Shown one piece after another: positions 23,010 through 32,000 of a DNA stretch of 32,000 nucleotides; position 1 is the first letter of the stretch, and each line of letters opens with the position of its first letter. The position numbers and the translations under genes are program-made. Source of the DNA: Pyrolobus fumarii 1A (GTDB lineage Archaea > Thermoproteota > Thermoprotei_A > Sulfolobales > Pyrodictiaceae); the NCBI RefSeq assembly GCF_000223395.1, contig NC_015931.1, positions 600,001-632,000 of the forward strand. Direction: 5' to 3'. Below the pieces are notes generated by a model. The model worked only from the letters and a program-made list of their open reading frames with translations, was not told where the DNA came from and searched no databases.

Positions 23010-24392
23010 TTAGGCGGATAGCGGGGAGTCGTCGGAGAGCGTTGTACCCTTGGCTAGCATCTTTGGCAGGTCTTCCTCGGGGGTGCTTATTAGGCGAAGG
23101 TCGAACCTCTTCCTTAGCTCCTCGAAGACGCTTGGTGTGAGGAACTCTGGCGGCCTTGGCCCTATGTATATGCCCTTGATGCCTAGGTATAGGAGCGTGT
23201 AGAGTATCGCTATTGCCTTCTGCTCTAGCCAGCTTAGCACTATGGTTACCGGTAGCTGGTTGAGATCCTTTCCGAGCCTCTTTGCCAGCTCGGCAGCCAG
23301 CACTATTATCGAGTAGACGTTGTTACACTGCCCGAAGTCGAGGAACCTCGGTATACCCTCTATGGTGCCATAGTCGCGGCGGTTGTAGCGGAACTTTCCA
23401 CAGGCAGCCGTGAGTATTATCGTGTCTTTCGGTAGCATCTGTGTGAGCTTCTCGTAGTAGCCCATCTTGGGGTTGGGTACGTCACACCCGCCTATGACGA
23501 ATATGTGGCGTATCTTACCCTCGTTGATCAGCTCGATTATCTTGTCTAGCAGTGGGAGCACGTTGGTGTGGTGGAAGCCGGTCACAATCTTACCGCCCTC
23601 TACTTTCTTCATCCTCGGCGTCTTGAGCGCATGCTTTATCACCGCCTCGAAGTTGTAGTCGCCTATGTGCGGCACACCCTCCAGGCCCGCGACGCTCGTG
23701 GTGTAGATTCTGTCCGCGTACTGCTTGAGTGGTGGCACGACACAGTTGCTGGTAGCTACTATCACGCCGGGGAACTCGCTGAACTCCTGCCTCTGGTAGA
23801 CCCAGCTGCCTCCCCAGTTGCCGTAGAGCGCCTTGAACTCGCGTAGCTTCGGGTAAGAGTGGGCTGGGAGCATCTCAGAGTGCGTGTAGACCTTTATCTC
23901 GTCCTCGAGACCCATCTCCCTGATCTGCTTGAGCAGCTCGTATAGCGCCTTGTAGGAGTGCCCGGTTACGAGTATGCCGTGCCCCTCCTCGGTTCCGGTG
24001 GGAACCTCGACTGGCGTCGGGACCCCGAACGTCTCGACATACGCCTTGTCTAGTAGCTCCATTGTCTTGAGGTGTATCCTGCCCGTCTCAAGTATCAGCT
24101 CGATGAAACGCTTCTTGTCGAAGTTCACGTTGGTTAGTGTCGTGTACAGCGCCTCGGCGAGGAAAGCGCCTATCTCGTCATCCTTGTAGCCCAGCTCATA
24201 GGCGTGGTAGTAGTAGGCTGACACGCCCTTAAGCCCGTAGATGAGGGCCTCCTGGAGCGCGTTGAGATCCGGGTCTTTACCACAAACACCTCTTATGGTA
24301 CAGCCGCCTGCTAGGCTCATACTACACTGGTCACATCTCATGAGTATCTTCTGGCTGCTCAAGGCAACTCCTCCATCTATGACACGTGTCAT
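23010..24392 (-). CDS. hcp: Hybrid-cluster protein (hydroxylamine/NO reductase, prismane protein), short archaeal class.
   Basis: N-terminal Cys motif MRCDQCSMSLAGGCTIRGVCGK. Family blocks ILVTGH, SNCV, FVIGGCD and LDFGQCNN. 460 aa. Confidence 0.92.
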   Translation of the reverse strand: MTRVIDGGVALSSQKILMRCDQCSMSLAGGCTIRGVCGKDPDLNALQEALIYGLKGVSAYYYHAYELGYKDDEIGAFLAEALYTTLTNVNFDKKRFIELILETGRIHLKTMELLDKAYVETFGVPTPVEVPTGTEEGHGILVTGHSYKALYELLKQIREMGLEDEIKVYTHSEMLPAHSYPKLREFKALYGNWGGSWVYQRQEFSEFPGVIVATSNCVVPPLKQYADRIYTTSVAGLEGVPHIGDYNFEAVIKHALKTPRMKKVEGGKIVTGFHHTNVLPLLDKIIELINEGKIRHIFVIGGCDVPNPKMGYYEKLTQMLPKDTIILTAACGKFRYNRRDYGTIEGIPRFLDFGQCNNVYSIIVLAAELAKRLGKDLNQLPVTIVLSWLEQKAIAILYTLLYLGIKGIYIGPRPPEFLTPSVFEELRKRFDLRLISTPEEDLPKMLAKGTTLSDDSPLSA

Positions 24393-24500
24393 ACAAGCGT
24401 CTATGTGTAAAACCTTCCGGGAGCCCCAACATCACTTGGCACACCCGGTAGAAGAAACACAGGAAACCCCACAGGCGTCGACCAAGTATAGGAGCACGGT

Positions 24501-24920
24501 ATGAAGACGAACGCTTTCGAAGTAGCCTACCGCTACGTCTACCCATCGGTCAGGAAGCGGCTAGTCGAGAAGCTCAGCGAAAAGGGCCTAACCCAGACAG
24601 AGATAGCCAAGCTACTCCACATAACACAGTCGGCAGTCTCACGCTACCTATCAGCCGAGCGAGGAGCCCCACTAGACCTCAAACCCTACCCGGACATAGA
24701 CGCCGAGCTGGAACAGCTAGCCCAGGAGATACTATCAAGTCATCCAGACGAATACCAGATACATTACCACCTAGTCCGCATATCCCTCGAGGTGCTCAGG
24801 CGAGGCTACGCATGCCAACTCCATGCAACCATAGACCCCGGACTAGATCCCAAAAAATGCAAGACATGTATAATACTCTTCAATTCTCCGACCGCAAAAC
24901 AAGCACTAGAAGCAAATTGA
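24501..24920 (+). CDS. HTH transcriptional regulator (COG2522-like) with a C-terminal Cys cluster, divergent from hcp.
   Basis: HTH LTQTEIAKLLHITQSAVSRYLS. C-terminal YACQLH-x11-KKCKTC (C-x14-C-x2-C). Confidence 0.75.
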   Translation: MKTNAFEVAYRYVYPSVRKRLVEKLSEKGLTQTEIAKLLHITQSAVSRYLSAERGAPLDLKPYPDIDAELEQLAQEILSSHPDEYQIHYHLVRISLEVLRRGYACQLHATIDPGLDPKKCKTCIILFNSPTAKQALEAN

Positions 24921-24990
24921 ATTGTTTCCTCAACAGTTTAGCGTCTGTTCCTTAGCCGTGCAACCCATAGATAAGCCAGCTTAGTGAGCA

Positions 24991-25014
24991 CAAGGCCCAA
25001 TCGAATATCATATC
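24991..25014. repeat. Perfect 12-bp tandem duplication (tcgaatatcata x2) at the G+C to A+T compositional boundary.
   Basis: tcgaatatcata at 24991-25002 and again at 25003-25014. Confidence 0.9.
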
Positions 25015-25082
25015 GAATATCATAACGTGGCCTCTCACGGTTAGGCTTATACTACAATTTATACTTACTGGCGTCAAGGGTT

Positions 25083-26267
25083 TTGCTGGAATTGAAGCAG
25101 AGGTACGATATAAGGAGGTTTACCACGGACAATACCGAGACTGATAAATTACGAATCTTGATAATGCTAAAGGACAGACTTCCAGCTTCATTTTCCAACT
25201 ACATAAGATACTTAGCTGAAGGCATTAGAAGGATTGCAAAATCACGTATTGAGTTGCTTTTCATACACATTAACGATTTTAAAGGCTTAGCTTGTAAGGA
25301 TAAAGGTCACGATAGGATAGTTCTACATATACCCTTCCTAGGAGACGGCAGTTACCCAAGATTGTATGACTTACTTAAAGCGAAAATGTGCAAAATGAAA
25401 GTCGTAGTGACGTTACACGGTTTCAACACTTGTGCAGCACGTCACGAGCTAATGGCCCGAAGCATGCCATGTCCACATGAATATTGCAGTACTAAACGAG
25501 TATTATATGATGTTAGGAAGAAAATACTGTGGAATATCATTTCAAGAATAGCGTTAGTAGATGCCATTATCACTCCTTCTTGGTCGGAGAAAAATGTCCT
25601 AATGAAATGCCTAGGAATACCAGAGAAACGTATATACGTAATACACCATGGTGTGGACACTGATTTGTATAGACCTCGTTCGCGGAAGGAATGTTCCCAT
25701 ATCCTAGCCAAATACAAAATTGGTGATAGTTACATCCTTCACGTGAGCAATTATCAACCTGTGAAGAACGTCGAAAGGATAGTTGCCGCATATGCTCTAC
25801 TTAAGAGGAAGTTTGGAATTAAAGAGAAGCTCGTTATTGCCGGTAGACAGCCCCGAGAGCGAATATTACGCCTCGCTATTAGCCTTGGTTTAAACCCTAG
25901 GGATATCATCTTTACCGGGGTAGTTTCAAGAGACGATCTCCCATGCCTATATAGTGCCGCTAAAGTACTTGTAATGCCAAGCATACATGAGAGCTTTGGC
26001 ATGCCCATCCTTGAGGCTATGGCCTGTGGATGTCCAGTGGTGACATCAAGCGTTTATGCATGTGTAGAAGTTTCTGATAATGCAGCTCTGATTGTTGACC
26101 CATTTGACGTGAAGGAAATTGCAATGAGTGTTTATAAAATACTTGCAGATGATGAATTGAGAGCGGAGCTTATACGTAGAGGCATAACCAGAACAAAATC
26201 GTTCACTTGGGAGAAATCAGTCTTAATGCATCTTAAAGTGTATGAGACTGTTACTGGATCAAGGTGA
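25083..26267 (+). CDS. Group 1 (GT4-family) glycosyltransferase.
   Basis: E-x7-E motif region ESFGMPILEAMACGCPVVTS. Upstream block LVIAGRQP...GVVSRDDLPCLYSAAKVLVMPS. TTG start is uncertain. Two ttatact TATA-like boxes lie at ~25046 and ~25059. Confidence 0.88.
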   Translation: MLELKQRYDIRRFTTDNTETDKLRILIMLKDRLPASFSNYIRYLAEGIRRIAKSRIELLFIHINDFKGLACKDKGHDRIVLHIPFLGDGSYPRLYDLLKAKMCKMKVVVTLHGFNTCAARHELMARSMPCPHEYCSTKRVLYDVRKKILWNIISRIALVDAIITPSWSEKNVLMKCLGIPEKRIYVIHHGVDTDLYRPRSRKECSHILAKYKIGDSYILHVSNYQPVKNVERIVAAYALLKRKFGIKEKLVIAGRQPRERILRLAISLGLNPRDIIFTGVVSRDDLPCLYSAAKVLVMPSIHESFGMPILEAMACGCPVVTSSVYACVEVSDNAALIVDPFDVKEIAMSVYKILADDELRAELIRRGITRTKSFTWEKSVLMHLKVYETVTGSR

Positions 26268-27235
26268 GTATCGTGATAAAGCTAATTGCGTCAAGAGCTT
26301 ACCTGTTTGTAAGAAGCACGTTAAACAAAATGCTGATACCCAAGGGTTTTGTAGCAGTGAAAGTTAATGATAATCAATTGTTCTTTTTCGATCCCTCTAA
26401 CTCCTCTCAGGGATTTCTGCTTTACACCACTGGCAAGTATGGATCTGGAACAGAACTATTAGCACAATTGTTCTTTTCACACATTATTAAGAATGGTTAT
26501 GTTGTTGTCGACGTCGGGGCTCATTTTGGTTTTTACACTCTGATTGCAGCTGCAAAAGTTGGTAAATCCGGACTCGTCATGGCCTTTGAACCTAGTAAAA
26601 CGAACTTCCGCGTCTTAAGAGTGAACATCTTAGCAAATAGACTTACAAATGTTAAGCTTTACAAGGTAGCATTGGCGGATGAGAATGGTAGAGCTGTTTT
26701 AGGTGTTCCTAGAGGGCGCTTGTCCGGAGAGAATACACTAGCTGTTAACCCTTCACAAGCAGAGCAGCTTGAAGTTGTTGAAGTAAGAAGGTTTGACGAG
26801 ATAGCGGAAGAAGAAGGGATAAGCAAAGTGGATGTCGTAAAGATAGATGTTGAGGGAGCAGAGTATAAGGTTCTCAAGGGATTCGGGAATTATCTGGACA
26901 CATGTAAGTATATAATCTTAGAGGTTCATCCAAGCCAGATGGTTAAGCTTGGTACAAGCCCAAAGGAACTCTACGCTTTGCTAAATAGACATGGTTACAA
27001 CCTATATTGGCTCGACAAGAAAGCTGGGATTATCCCCGTATCCCATAACAGGCTTATGTCCAAGATATTGACGCGACATCACCTGATTTGCGCAAAACAA
27101 GACTTAGAATTGGACAAAATAAGACTAAGGCTTATGAAGTATGACTTGATAGTTAAATCCTCATTTACTAGAAGACAGAGGTTGGCAATGTTGTTTAACA
27201 ATCCCAAGTATATATTTAGAAGACAAAATATCTAA
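26264..27235 (+). CDS. FkbM-family SAM-dependent methyltransferase.
   Basis: VVVDVGAHFGFYTLIAA (SAM motif I) and VDVVKIDVEGAEYKVLKG (FkbM signature). 4-nt overlap with the GT4 gene. Confidence 0.85.
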   Translation: MSIVIKLIASRAYLFVRSTLNKMLIPKGFVAVKVNDNQLFFFDPSNSSQGFLLYTTGKYGSGTELLAQLFFSHIIKNGYVVVDVGAHFGFYTLIAAAKVGKSGLVMAFEPSKTNFRVLRVNILANRLTNVKLYKVALADENGRAVLGVPRGRLSGENTLAVNPSQAEQLEVVEVRRFDEIAEEEGISKVDVVKIDVEGAEYKVLKGFGNYLDTCKYIILEVHPSQMVKLGTSPKELYALLNRHGYNLYWLDKKAGIIPVSHNRLMSKILTRHHLICAKQDLELDKIRLRLMKYDLIVKSSFTRRQRLAMLFNNPKYIFRRQNI

Positions 27236-27378
27236 GGCTTTATTAAGTTAGATGCTGGATACGTATCGTCCTTCAAACACGAGCGATAATATTTCGCATC
27301 GAAGGCGATGCTTAACTTGCCGCCTAAAGGTTATAGTTTTAGTTAACTCTCGAGAGCTACTTTCGGGAGATAAAAGCA

Positions 27379-28950
27379 ATGCTTTTACATGACGGTAGTC
27401 GTGTGTCATTGATAGGTATCGACGGTGGTAATTGGCACGTACTACATTGGTTAATTAACGACGGTTATATGCCAAATTTAAAGGAGATTACAACGAGAGG
27501 AGCAAGTGGCATTTTAATTTCACTTATACCGCCGGTAACCGCACCTGCTTGGCTTTCTATAGCAACTGGTTTAACACCTGGTGAAACAGGCGTAATTGAC
27601 TTCTTTAAGGTCATTGATACGAGTAGTTATAGTCTGGAACTAGTCTCTGCAAAGGATTATAAAGGAAGGTCTATATGGGATTATGCCTCATTAATTGGTT
27701 ATAAAGTTGCAGTGTTAGACTACCCGCTTCTGTACCCGGCTTACCAGGTAAATGGTATCATGGTATCATCGTGGGGTGGTAAGGTCACAACATACCCAGA
27801 GGACTACATTAATACCATTCGCGAGCTAGTAGGCGAGTATAACATAATAGTCAGTTACAACAATATAGAGTATAATGACCTTGATTTATTCCTTGAGCAC
27901 ATCGAGAAAGCAGCCAATGTAAAGCTACGGGTGTCTAACCATACCCTCAGCCTTGCTAAATGGGATCTGTTCGTAGATGTCATCTCCTTTACGGACTGGC
28001 TTCAACATAGAATGTGGCATGTTATAGATAATAACCATCCTCTGCATCGTAGAGTTCCTAATGTAGGGTATTACCGAAGACGTTTTGCTGAACTCTGGTC
28101 GATCCTAGACGAGTATATCGGAAAGATTAGGGACAACTTTGACATCGTGATAATAGTCTCTGATCATGGTTTTGGACCACACTGGGGAGTACTAAACATC
28201 GTCAAGTTGTTTGAAGCTAAGGGACTTATCAAGATACGTAGATTGAGCAGCAAAGAAAGATTGCTAGCCAGGATAATTGACATTGTAAGACACACTAAAC
28301 TGCGTAATATTATTCCTAAAAGAGCCCGCACTGTAGGCAGAAAGATGTATAAGCAACTTAGAAGCATCAACAAACATTTAGACATTGATGCGAGCTTAGT
28401 CATTATACCTGAGTTCACAATACCCTTCGGGGGCGTATTTGTCAATAGCAAGTTTAGCGATAAGCGCGATGATATAATAAAAAAGATTGTTGACGCGCTT
28501 AGATGGATCGAAGAGAATACCAACGGTAATGTGAGAATAAGATACTGGTTGAAAGAGGAGATATATGATGGCCCATATGTGGAAAAATTGCCGGATATAA
28601 TACTTGCCGTTAATGACTGGAAGAGTGTGGTAGTAAAGAGCCTCGAGGGTCCTATCTATAAGGATGACGTCTATTCTCCTCGGCATACCGGAAGCCACAG
28701 AATGGAAGGTATAATCATCGTGGATGGCACGAGAGTCAAGAAGAAGAATATCAAAGCCCATGTGACAGATGTTGCACCAACATTGATGTACATCATGGGA
28801 TTGCCTATACCATCTAATATTAAAGGACGTGTTCTACGAGAAATAGTGGAACTAGATAGGGAGCCCATACATGTTGACCCAACATATTATGCTAAGCTTA
28901 GACTCCGCATGAAGCTAAGACAAACGCTGAGACCGGATAAACCAACATGA
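27379..28950 (+). CDS. Alkaline-phosphatase-superfamily enzyme (type I phosphodiesterase/nucleotide pyrophosphatase-like), soluble.
   Basis: IGIDGGNW, PPVTAPAWLSIATGLTPGETG (nucleophile Thr block), VSDHGF and HTGSHRMEGI. No TM segments seen. Confidence 0.8.
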   Translation: MLLHDGSRVSLIGIDGGNWHVLHWLINDGYMPNLKEITTRGASGILISLIPPVTAPAWLSIATGLTPGETGVIDFFKVIDTSSYSLELVSAKDYKGRSIWDYASLIGYKVAVLDYPLLYPAYQVNGIMVSSWGGKVTTYPEDYINTIRELVGEYNIIVSYNNIEYNDLDLFLEHIEKAANVKLRVSNHTLSLAKWDLFVDVISFTDWLQHRMWHVIDNNHPLHRRVPNVGYYRRRFAELWSILDEYIGKIRDNFDIVIIVSDHGFGPHWGVLNIVKLFEAKGLIKIRRLSSKERLLARIIDIVRHTKLRNIIPKRARTVGRKMYKQLRSINKHLDIDASLVIIPEFTIPFGGVFVNSKFSDKRDDIIKKIVDALRWIEENTNGNVRIRYWLKEEIYDGPYVEKLPDIILAVNDWKSVVVKSLEGPIYKDDVYSPRHTGSHRMEGIIIVDGTRVKKKNIKAHVTDVAPTLMYIMGLPIPSNIKGRVLREIVELDREPIHVDPTYYAKLRLRMKLRQTLRPDKPT

Positions 28951-29207
28951 GAATATCATACAAGTAACTCCTCAATAAATTGCAAGCGAAGCGCGTCTAC
29001 ACTCCTGCTTAGCGCCAATTGGAAGATTGTTAATAGTTATAATCCTCGAAAGGCACGGATGATGCTTCAAACAGAGAGGTCCGAGATCCAGAAGCAGCCT
29101 TCTCGCAAAGTGCAACAAGAAAAGATAAATACAACTCGTAATCGCATACAGTTTCAAGTCATGTTACAGCATGATATTGCAAGAGCAACACGTTTACGAG
29201 TAAGATG

Positions 29208-29285
<78 letters not shown>

Positions 29286-29461
29286 TCCCCCTTCTCCATC
29301 ACTCACTGTTCCAGATATCCAAGTTTTAAGCAGTCTTGCACCCGAAGCCTATAACGTACATTACAACGTATGATGCACTCTGTTGGCATGCTATCAATCA
29401 ACGAAACGCACCGGGATTGTTTTAGTATGTTGTTGGTGCCGCTCGTGTCTGGTGGCCGGTT

Positions 29462-30025
29462 ATGCCTTTTCGCCTCTTTAAGCGTCTCGATATACCCGAC
29501 GTTGTTCTGATAGAGGCTGTGAGGTTTCACGATCAGCGTGGCTTCTTCCAGGAGCTTTACAAGAGGACTGATTTCCTTGCTAACAACGTGCCGTATGACT
29601 TCGTGCAGGTTAATGTGAGCTTCTCGAGGAGGGGTGTTGTTAGGGGTTTGCACTACCAGTTGAAGCCTATGGAGCAGGGTAAGCTCGTGACCGTACTAAG
29701 GGGTAGGATTGTGGATGTAGCGGTTGACATTAGGAGGGGGTCGCCTTGGTACGGGAAGCATGTGATGGTGGAGCTCTCGGAGGATAAGCCTTTGCTTCTT
29801 TGGATTCCTCCGGGGTTTGCCCACGGTTTCCAGGCGCTCGAGGATAGTGTTGTGCTCTACCTGGTGACTAAGGAGTATTCTCCGAGCCATGAGCGTTGCA
29901 TACGCTGGGATGACCCGGACCTGGGTATACCATGGCCGATGAGGGACAACGTGATACTTAGCGAGAAGGATAAGAGGTGCCCGTCGTTTAGAGACGCTGA
30001 GTCGAACTTCGACTACCCCCTCTAG
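29462..30025 (+). CDS. rmlC: dTDP-4-dehydrorhamnose 3,5-epimerase.
   Basis: RGFFQE, VRGLHYQ, QGKLVTVLRGRIVDVAVDIRRGSPWYGK, LWIPPGFAHGFQAL and IRWDDPDLGIPWP. Confidence 0.93.
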   Translation: MPFRLFKRLDIPDVVLIEAVRFHDQRGFFQELYKRTDFLANNVPYDFVQVNVSFSRRGVVRGLHYQLKPMEQGKLVTVLRGRIVDVAVDIRRGSPWYGKHVMVELSEDKPLLLWIPPGFAHGFQALEDSVVLYLVTKEYSPSHERCIRWDDPDLGIPWPMRDNVILSEKDKRCPSFRDAESNFDYPL

Positions 30026-30095
30026 TATCACATTACAGCACAAACCATTGTTAACATGGTGTTGTAGGAGAGGCTCCTCCCTCCTTCCCATATAC

Positions 30096-31151
30096 TCATG
30101 TCTCCTCGAGGCTGAACCTCTCCTCTACAACCCTCCTATCCACCTTCAACAGCCTCGCCGCCACAAGTAGCTTCGCGATGTCAATGGGTTTGAGTTTGAT
30201 GAGAGGCGCCTTGGTGATGTCTATGCGCCCCTCTTTCTCTACGACCCTCTCTGCTATCCTCTTACCGTCACGCCACGCTTTCAAGAACTGCTTGAATAGT
30301 CCTAGGTTTTTGACTGCGAGCGGCACTGTGAACAGCTTCCTGGTGTAGAGTAGCCTTATGACTAGCTTAGCCTTGGTGGTTATGTTGGTCGCGTGGTAGA
30401 GGAAGGACCAGCACCTGGCGCTGAGGTACACACGGTATGGCTTGACGCGCCCAAATGTCGAACCCCTAGAGTGTCTCGCCGCTATGAAGGGGAAGGATGC
30501 TACCCGGTACCCGGCGTGCCACAGTTTAAGCCCAAGAACATTATCGTCGCAATAGGCGAACAGCTCATCGTAGAACATGCGGTTTGTATTATTTGCTTTC
30601 AACACGGCCTCCACGCGCCAGATGGAGTAGGCACCGTAGGCATAGGTTATGTAGACTGGTTTCTTCATAGCTGTCGGCGGCTTGCCATGGAGGTAAGAGG
30701 CGCCGAATATGTACTCACTTAGGTACTCGCCAGCTGTGTCTATCAATCCGGTTCTGGGATCAAGTATTATACCTTGAGCTGCGCCAAGGTATGGTCTCGC
30801 TTCCATCTCTTCGACAAGCCGCGTTACGCTATCCGGCTCGGGCATGGCATCGTTGTTCAGAAGGATGACGTATTTCGATTCTGGATCGCGTGCCTGGAAG
30901 GCCGCGTTGACGCCGCCGGTGAAGCCTAGGTTGGTATTCATGCGGAGTATTTTGGCGCGGCTTCCGAGCTTCTCCTCTATGAAGCTCTTTACCTTCTCGT
31001 AGCTGCCGTCCGTTGAGCCATTGTCAACCACTATGAGCTCGTAGTTAGGATAGTCTAGGTTTTTGACGCCCTCGAGGGATGCAAGTACATCCTCTATTAT
31101 CGGCATGCTGTTGTAGTTCAACCATATTATCGTGACCTTGGGGTACGGCAC
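30096..31151 (-). CDS. Family 2 glycosyltransferase (GT-A fold; rhamnosyltransferase-like by context).
   Basis: VTIIWLNYNS, YELIVVDNGSTDGS and VILLNNDAMPEPD. It lies 13 bp downstream of rmlD on the same strand. Confidence 0.88.
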   Translation of the reverse strand: MPYPKVTIIWLNYNSMPIIEDVLASLEGVKNLDYPNYELIVVDNGSTDGSYEKVKSFIEEKLGSRAKILRMNTNLGFTGGVNAAFQARDPESKYVILLNNDAMPEPDSVTRLVEEMEARPYLGAAQGIILDPRTGLIDTAGEYLSEYIFGASYLHGKPPTAMKKPVYITYAYGAYSIWRVEAVLKANNTNRMFYDELFAYCDDNVLGLKLWHAGYRVASFPFIAARHSRGSTFGRVKPYRVYLSARCWSFLYHATNITTKAKLVIRLLYTRKLFTVPLAVKNLGLFKQFLKAWRDGKRIAERVVEKEGRIDITKAPLIKLKPIDIAKLLVAARLLKVDRRVVEERFSLEET

Positions 31152-31164
31152 TGTTGTCCGCCCC

Positions 31165-32000
31165 TTAGCCTGTCTGCCTTAACTCCCTCCTAAGCTCCTC
31201 TAGGGCAGCCTCGTGATCCCAGAATGGCACGCTACCAACCAGTTGCCGCGCCAGCGTAACATCTAGGCTAGAGTCTCGCGGACGCGGCGCGATGAACTGC
31301 AGCTCCTCGAGTTTTACAGGCTTAACCAGGTCTTTTGGCAGCCCGAACTTCTCGGCTATCATGAGTGCGAACTCATACCTACTCACTCTCGACCCGGCGA
31401 TGTGCAAAACCCCGTGTTCAACGGCCTCGTCCAGCTTCTCTAGGAGTGTTAGCAGCGCACGCGCCAGGAGAGTGTTGAGTGTGGGGGAGTACCACTGGTC
31501 TATGGCTGCGTGTATCTCCTCTCCTCTCCCTAGTTTCTCGATAACGACTATCGGGAAGGTCTTCTTGCCCGGCCCGCTGCCGTAGATTCCACTCGTTCTC
31601 ACGACTACACCGTTAGCTGCGAGTACGGGTGTCTCTCCCGCGAGCTTCGTCAAGCCATAGTAGTTGATGGGCGATGGGGCGTCATCCTCACGATACTGGC
31701 CGCGTCTCCCGTCAAACACGTAGTCCGTCGAGATGTATACGATGCGGGCTCCGACGCGCACCGAGGCCCTAACCAACGCGATTGTCGAGAGCGTGTTAAC
31801 CCTCCATGCCATCTCCCTCTCCTTCTCGCAGGCGTCGACATTAGTGAAGGCGGCAAGGTGGAACACTACATCGGGCTTATGCTCTTGCACTACATCTACG
31901 AGCCTCTCGGGCTCGGTCAGGTCGAGTTGCAGCTTGATGCACTCGCTGCACGTCGCGGGGGGCTTTGAACGGTAGAGTGCTATGATGTCGAACCCCTTGT
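31165..32000 (-). CDS. rmlD: dTDP-4-dehydrorhamnose reductase; the 5' end lies beyond the window edge.
   Basis: KPDVVFHLAAFTNVDACE, YISTDYVFDG and YGLTKLAGE (YxxxK). The frame stays open upstream of the ORF-track GTG (31890) to nt 31998 (KGFDIIALYRSKPPATCSECIKLQLDLTEPERLVDVV...), so the gene continues past 32000. Confidence 0.9.
   Translation of the reverse strand, partial: KGFDIIALYRSKPPATCSECIKLQLDLTEPERLVDVVQEHKPDVVFHLAAFTNVDACEKEREMAWRVNTLSTIALVRASVRVGARIVYISTDYVFDGRRGQYREDDAPSPINYYGLTKLAGETPVLAANGVVVRTSGIYGSGPGKKTFPIVVIEKLGRGEEIHAAIDQWYSPTLNTLLARALLTLLEKLDEAVEHGVLHIAGSRVSRYEFALMIAEKFGLPKDLVKPVKLEELQFIAPRPRDSSLDVTLARQLVGSVPFWDHEAALEELRRELRQTG

Noticed and set aside
24921-25082. Expected direct repeat of the tRNA-Arg(UCG) 3' end at the distal edge of the A+T-rich island (att duplication).
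   Set aside because: No segment resembling tggcgggcccgccgggacttgaacc or its complement is present there. Only an unrelated 12-bp tandem duplication occurs.
28972-29157. 61-aa minus-strand ORF between the phosphodiesterase-like gene and tRNA-Arg. A GGATGATGC C-box-like string near 29065 was also noted.
   Set aside because: The ORF is Leu/Cys/Ile-rich with no start context. No matching D box (CTGA) lies at a suitable distance, so no C/D sRNA can be supported.

Overview
This looks like a G+C-rich chromosomal segment of a hyperthermophilic crenarchaeon. The evidence is a reverse gyrase, an intron-containing tRNA, genome-encoded CCA ends, short or leaderless-looking upstream regions and AGG/GAG-rich codon usage. 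A Desulfurococcales/Pyrodictiaceae-like source is only a guess. Housekeeping and metabolic genes: reverse gyrase (5'-truncated by the window edge), an AOR-family tungsten oxidoreductase, a NOL1/NOP2/Sun RNA m5C methyltransferase, endonuclease IV, GatB, a metallophosphoesterase, a GT39-like membrane glycosyltransferase, a cytoplasmic molybdopterin oxidoreductase, hybrid-cluster protein Hcp with a divergent HTH regulator, and Hsp20. Three intact tRNAs are present: Asn-GUU, Pro-GGG with a 31-nt intron, and Arg-UCG. Visibly more A+T-rich accessory patches are interspersed. (1) An orphan 3' half of a tRNA-Arg(UCU)-like gene is followed by a UPF0175/PIN toxin-antitoxin pair and a 564-bp ORF-free stretch carrying two more tRNA-Arg-derived fragments. 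(2) A surface-structure cluster at 5862-9086 has a sequon-rich secreted beta-rich protein, a membrane-anchored secreted protein with a PapD-chaperone-like N-terminal motif, and a divergent type IV pilin-like gene. (3) A second pilin-like gene encodes 427 aa. (4) A strongly A+T-rich glycosylation operon (GT4, FkbM methyltransferase, alkaline-phosphatase-superfamily enzyme) abuts the 3' end of tRNA-Arg and is followed by rmlC, a GT2 and rmlD. I saw no CRISPR array, integrase, transposase or rRNA. All functional calls come from motif recognition by eye, with no database search.
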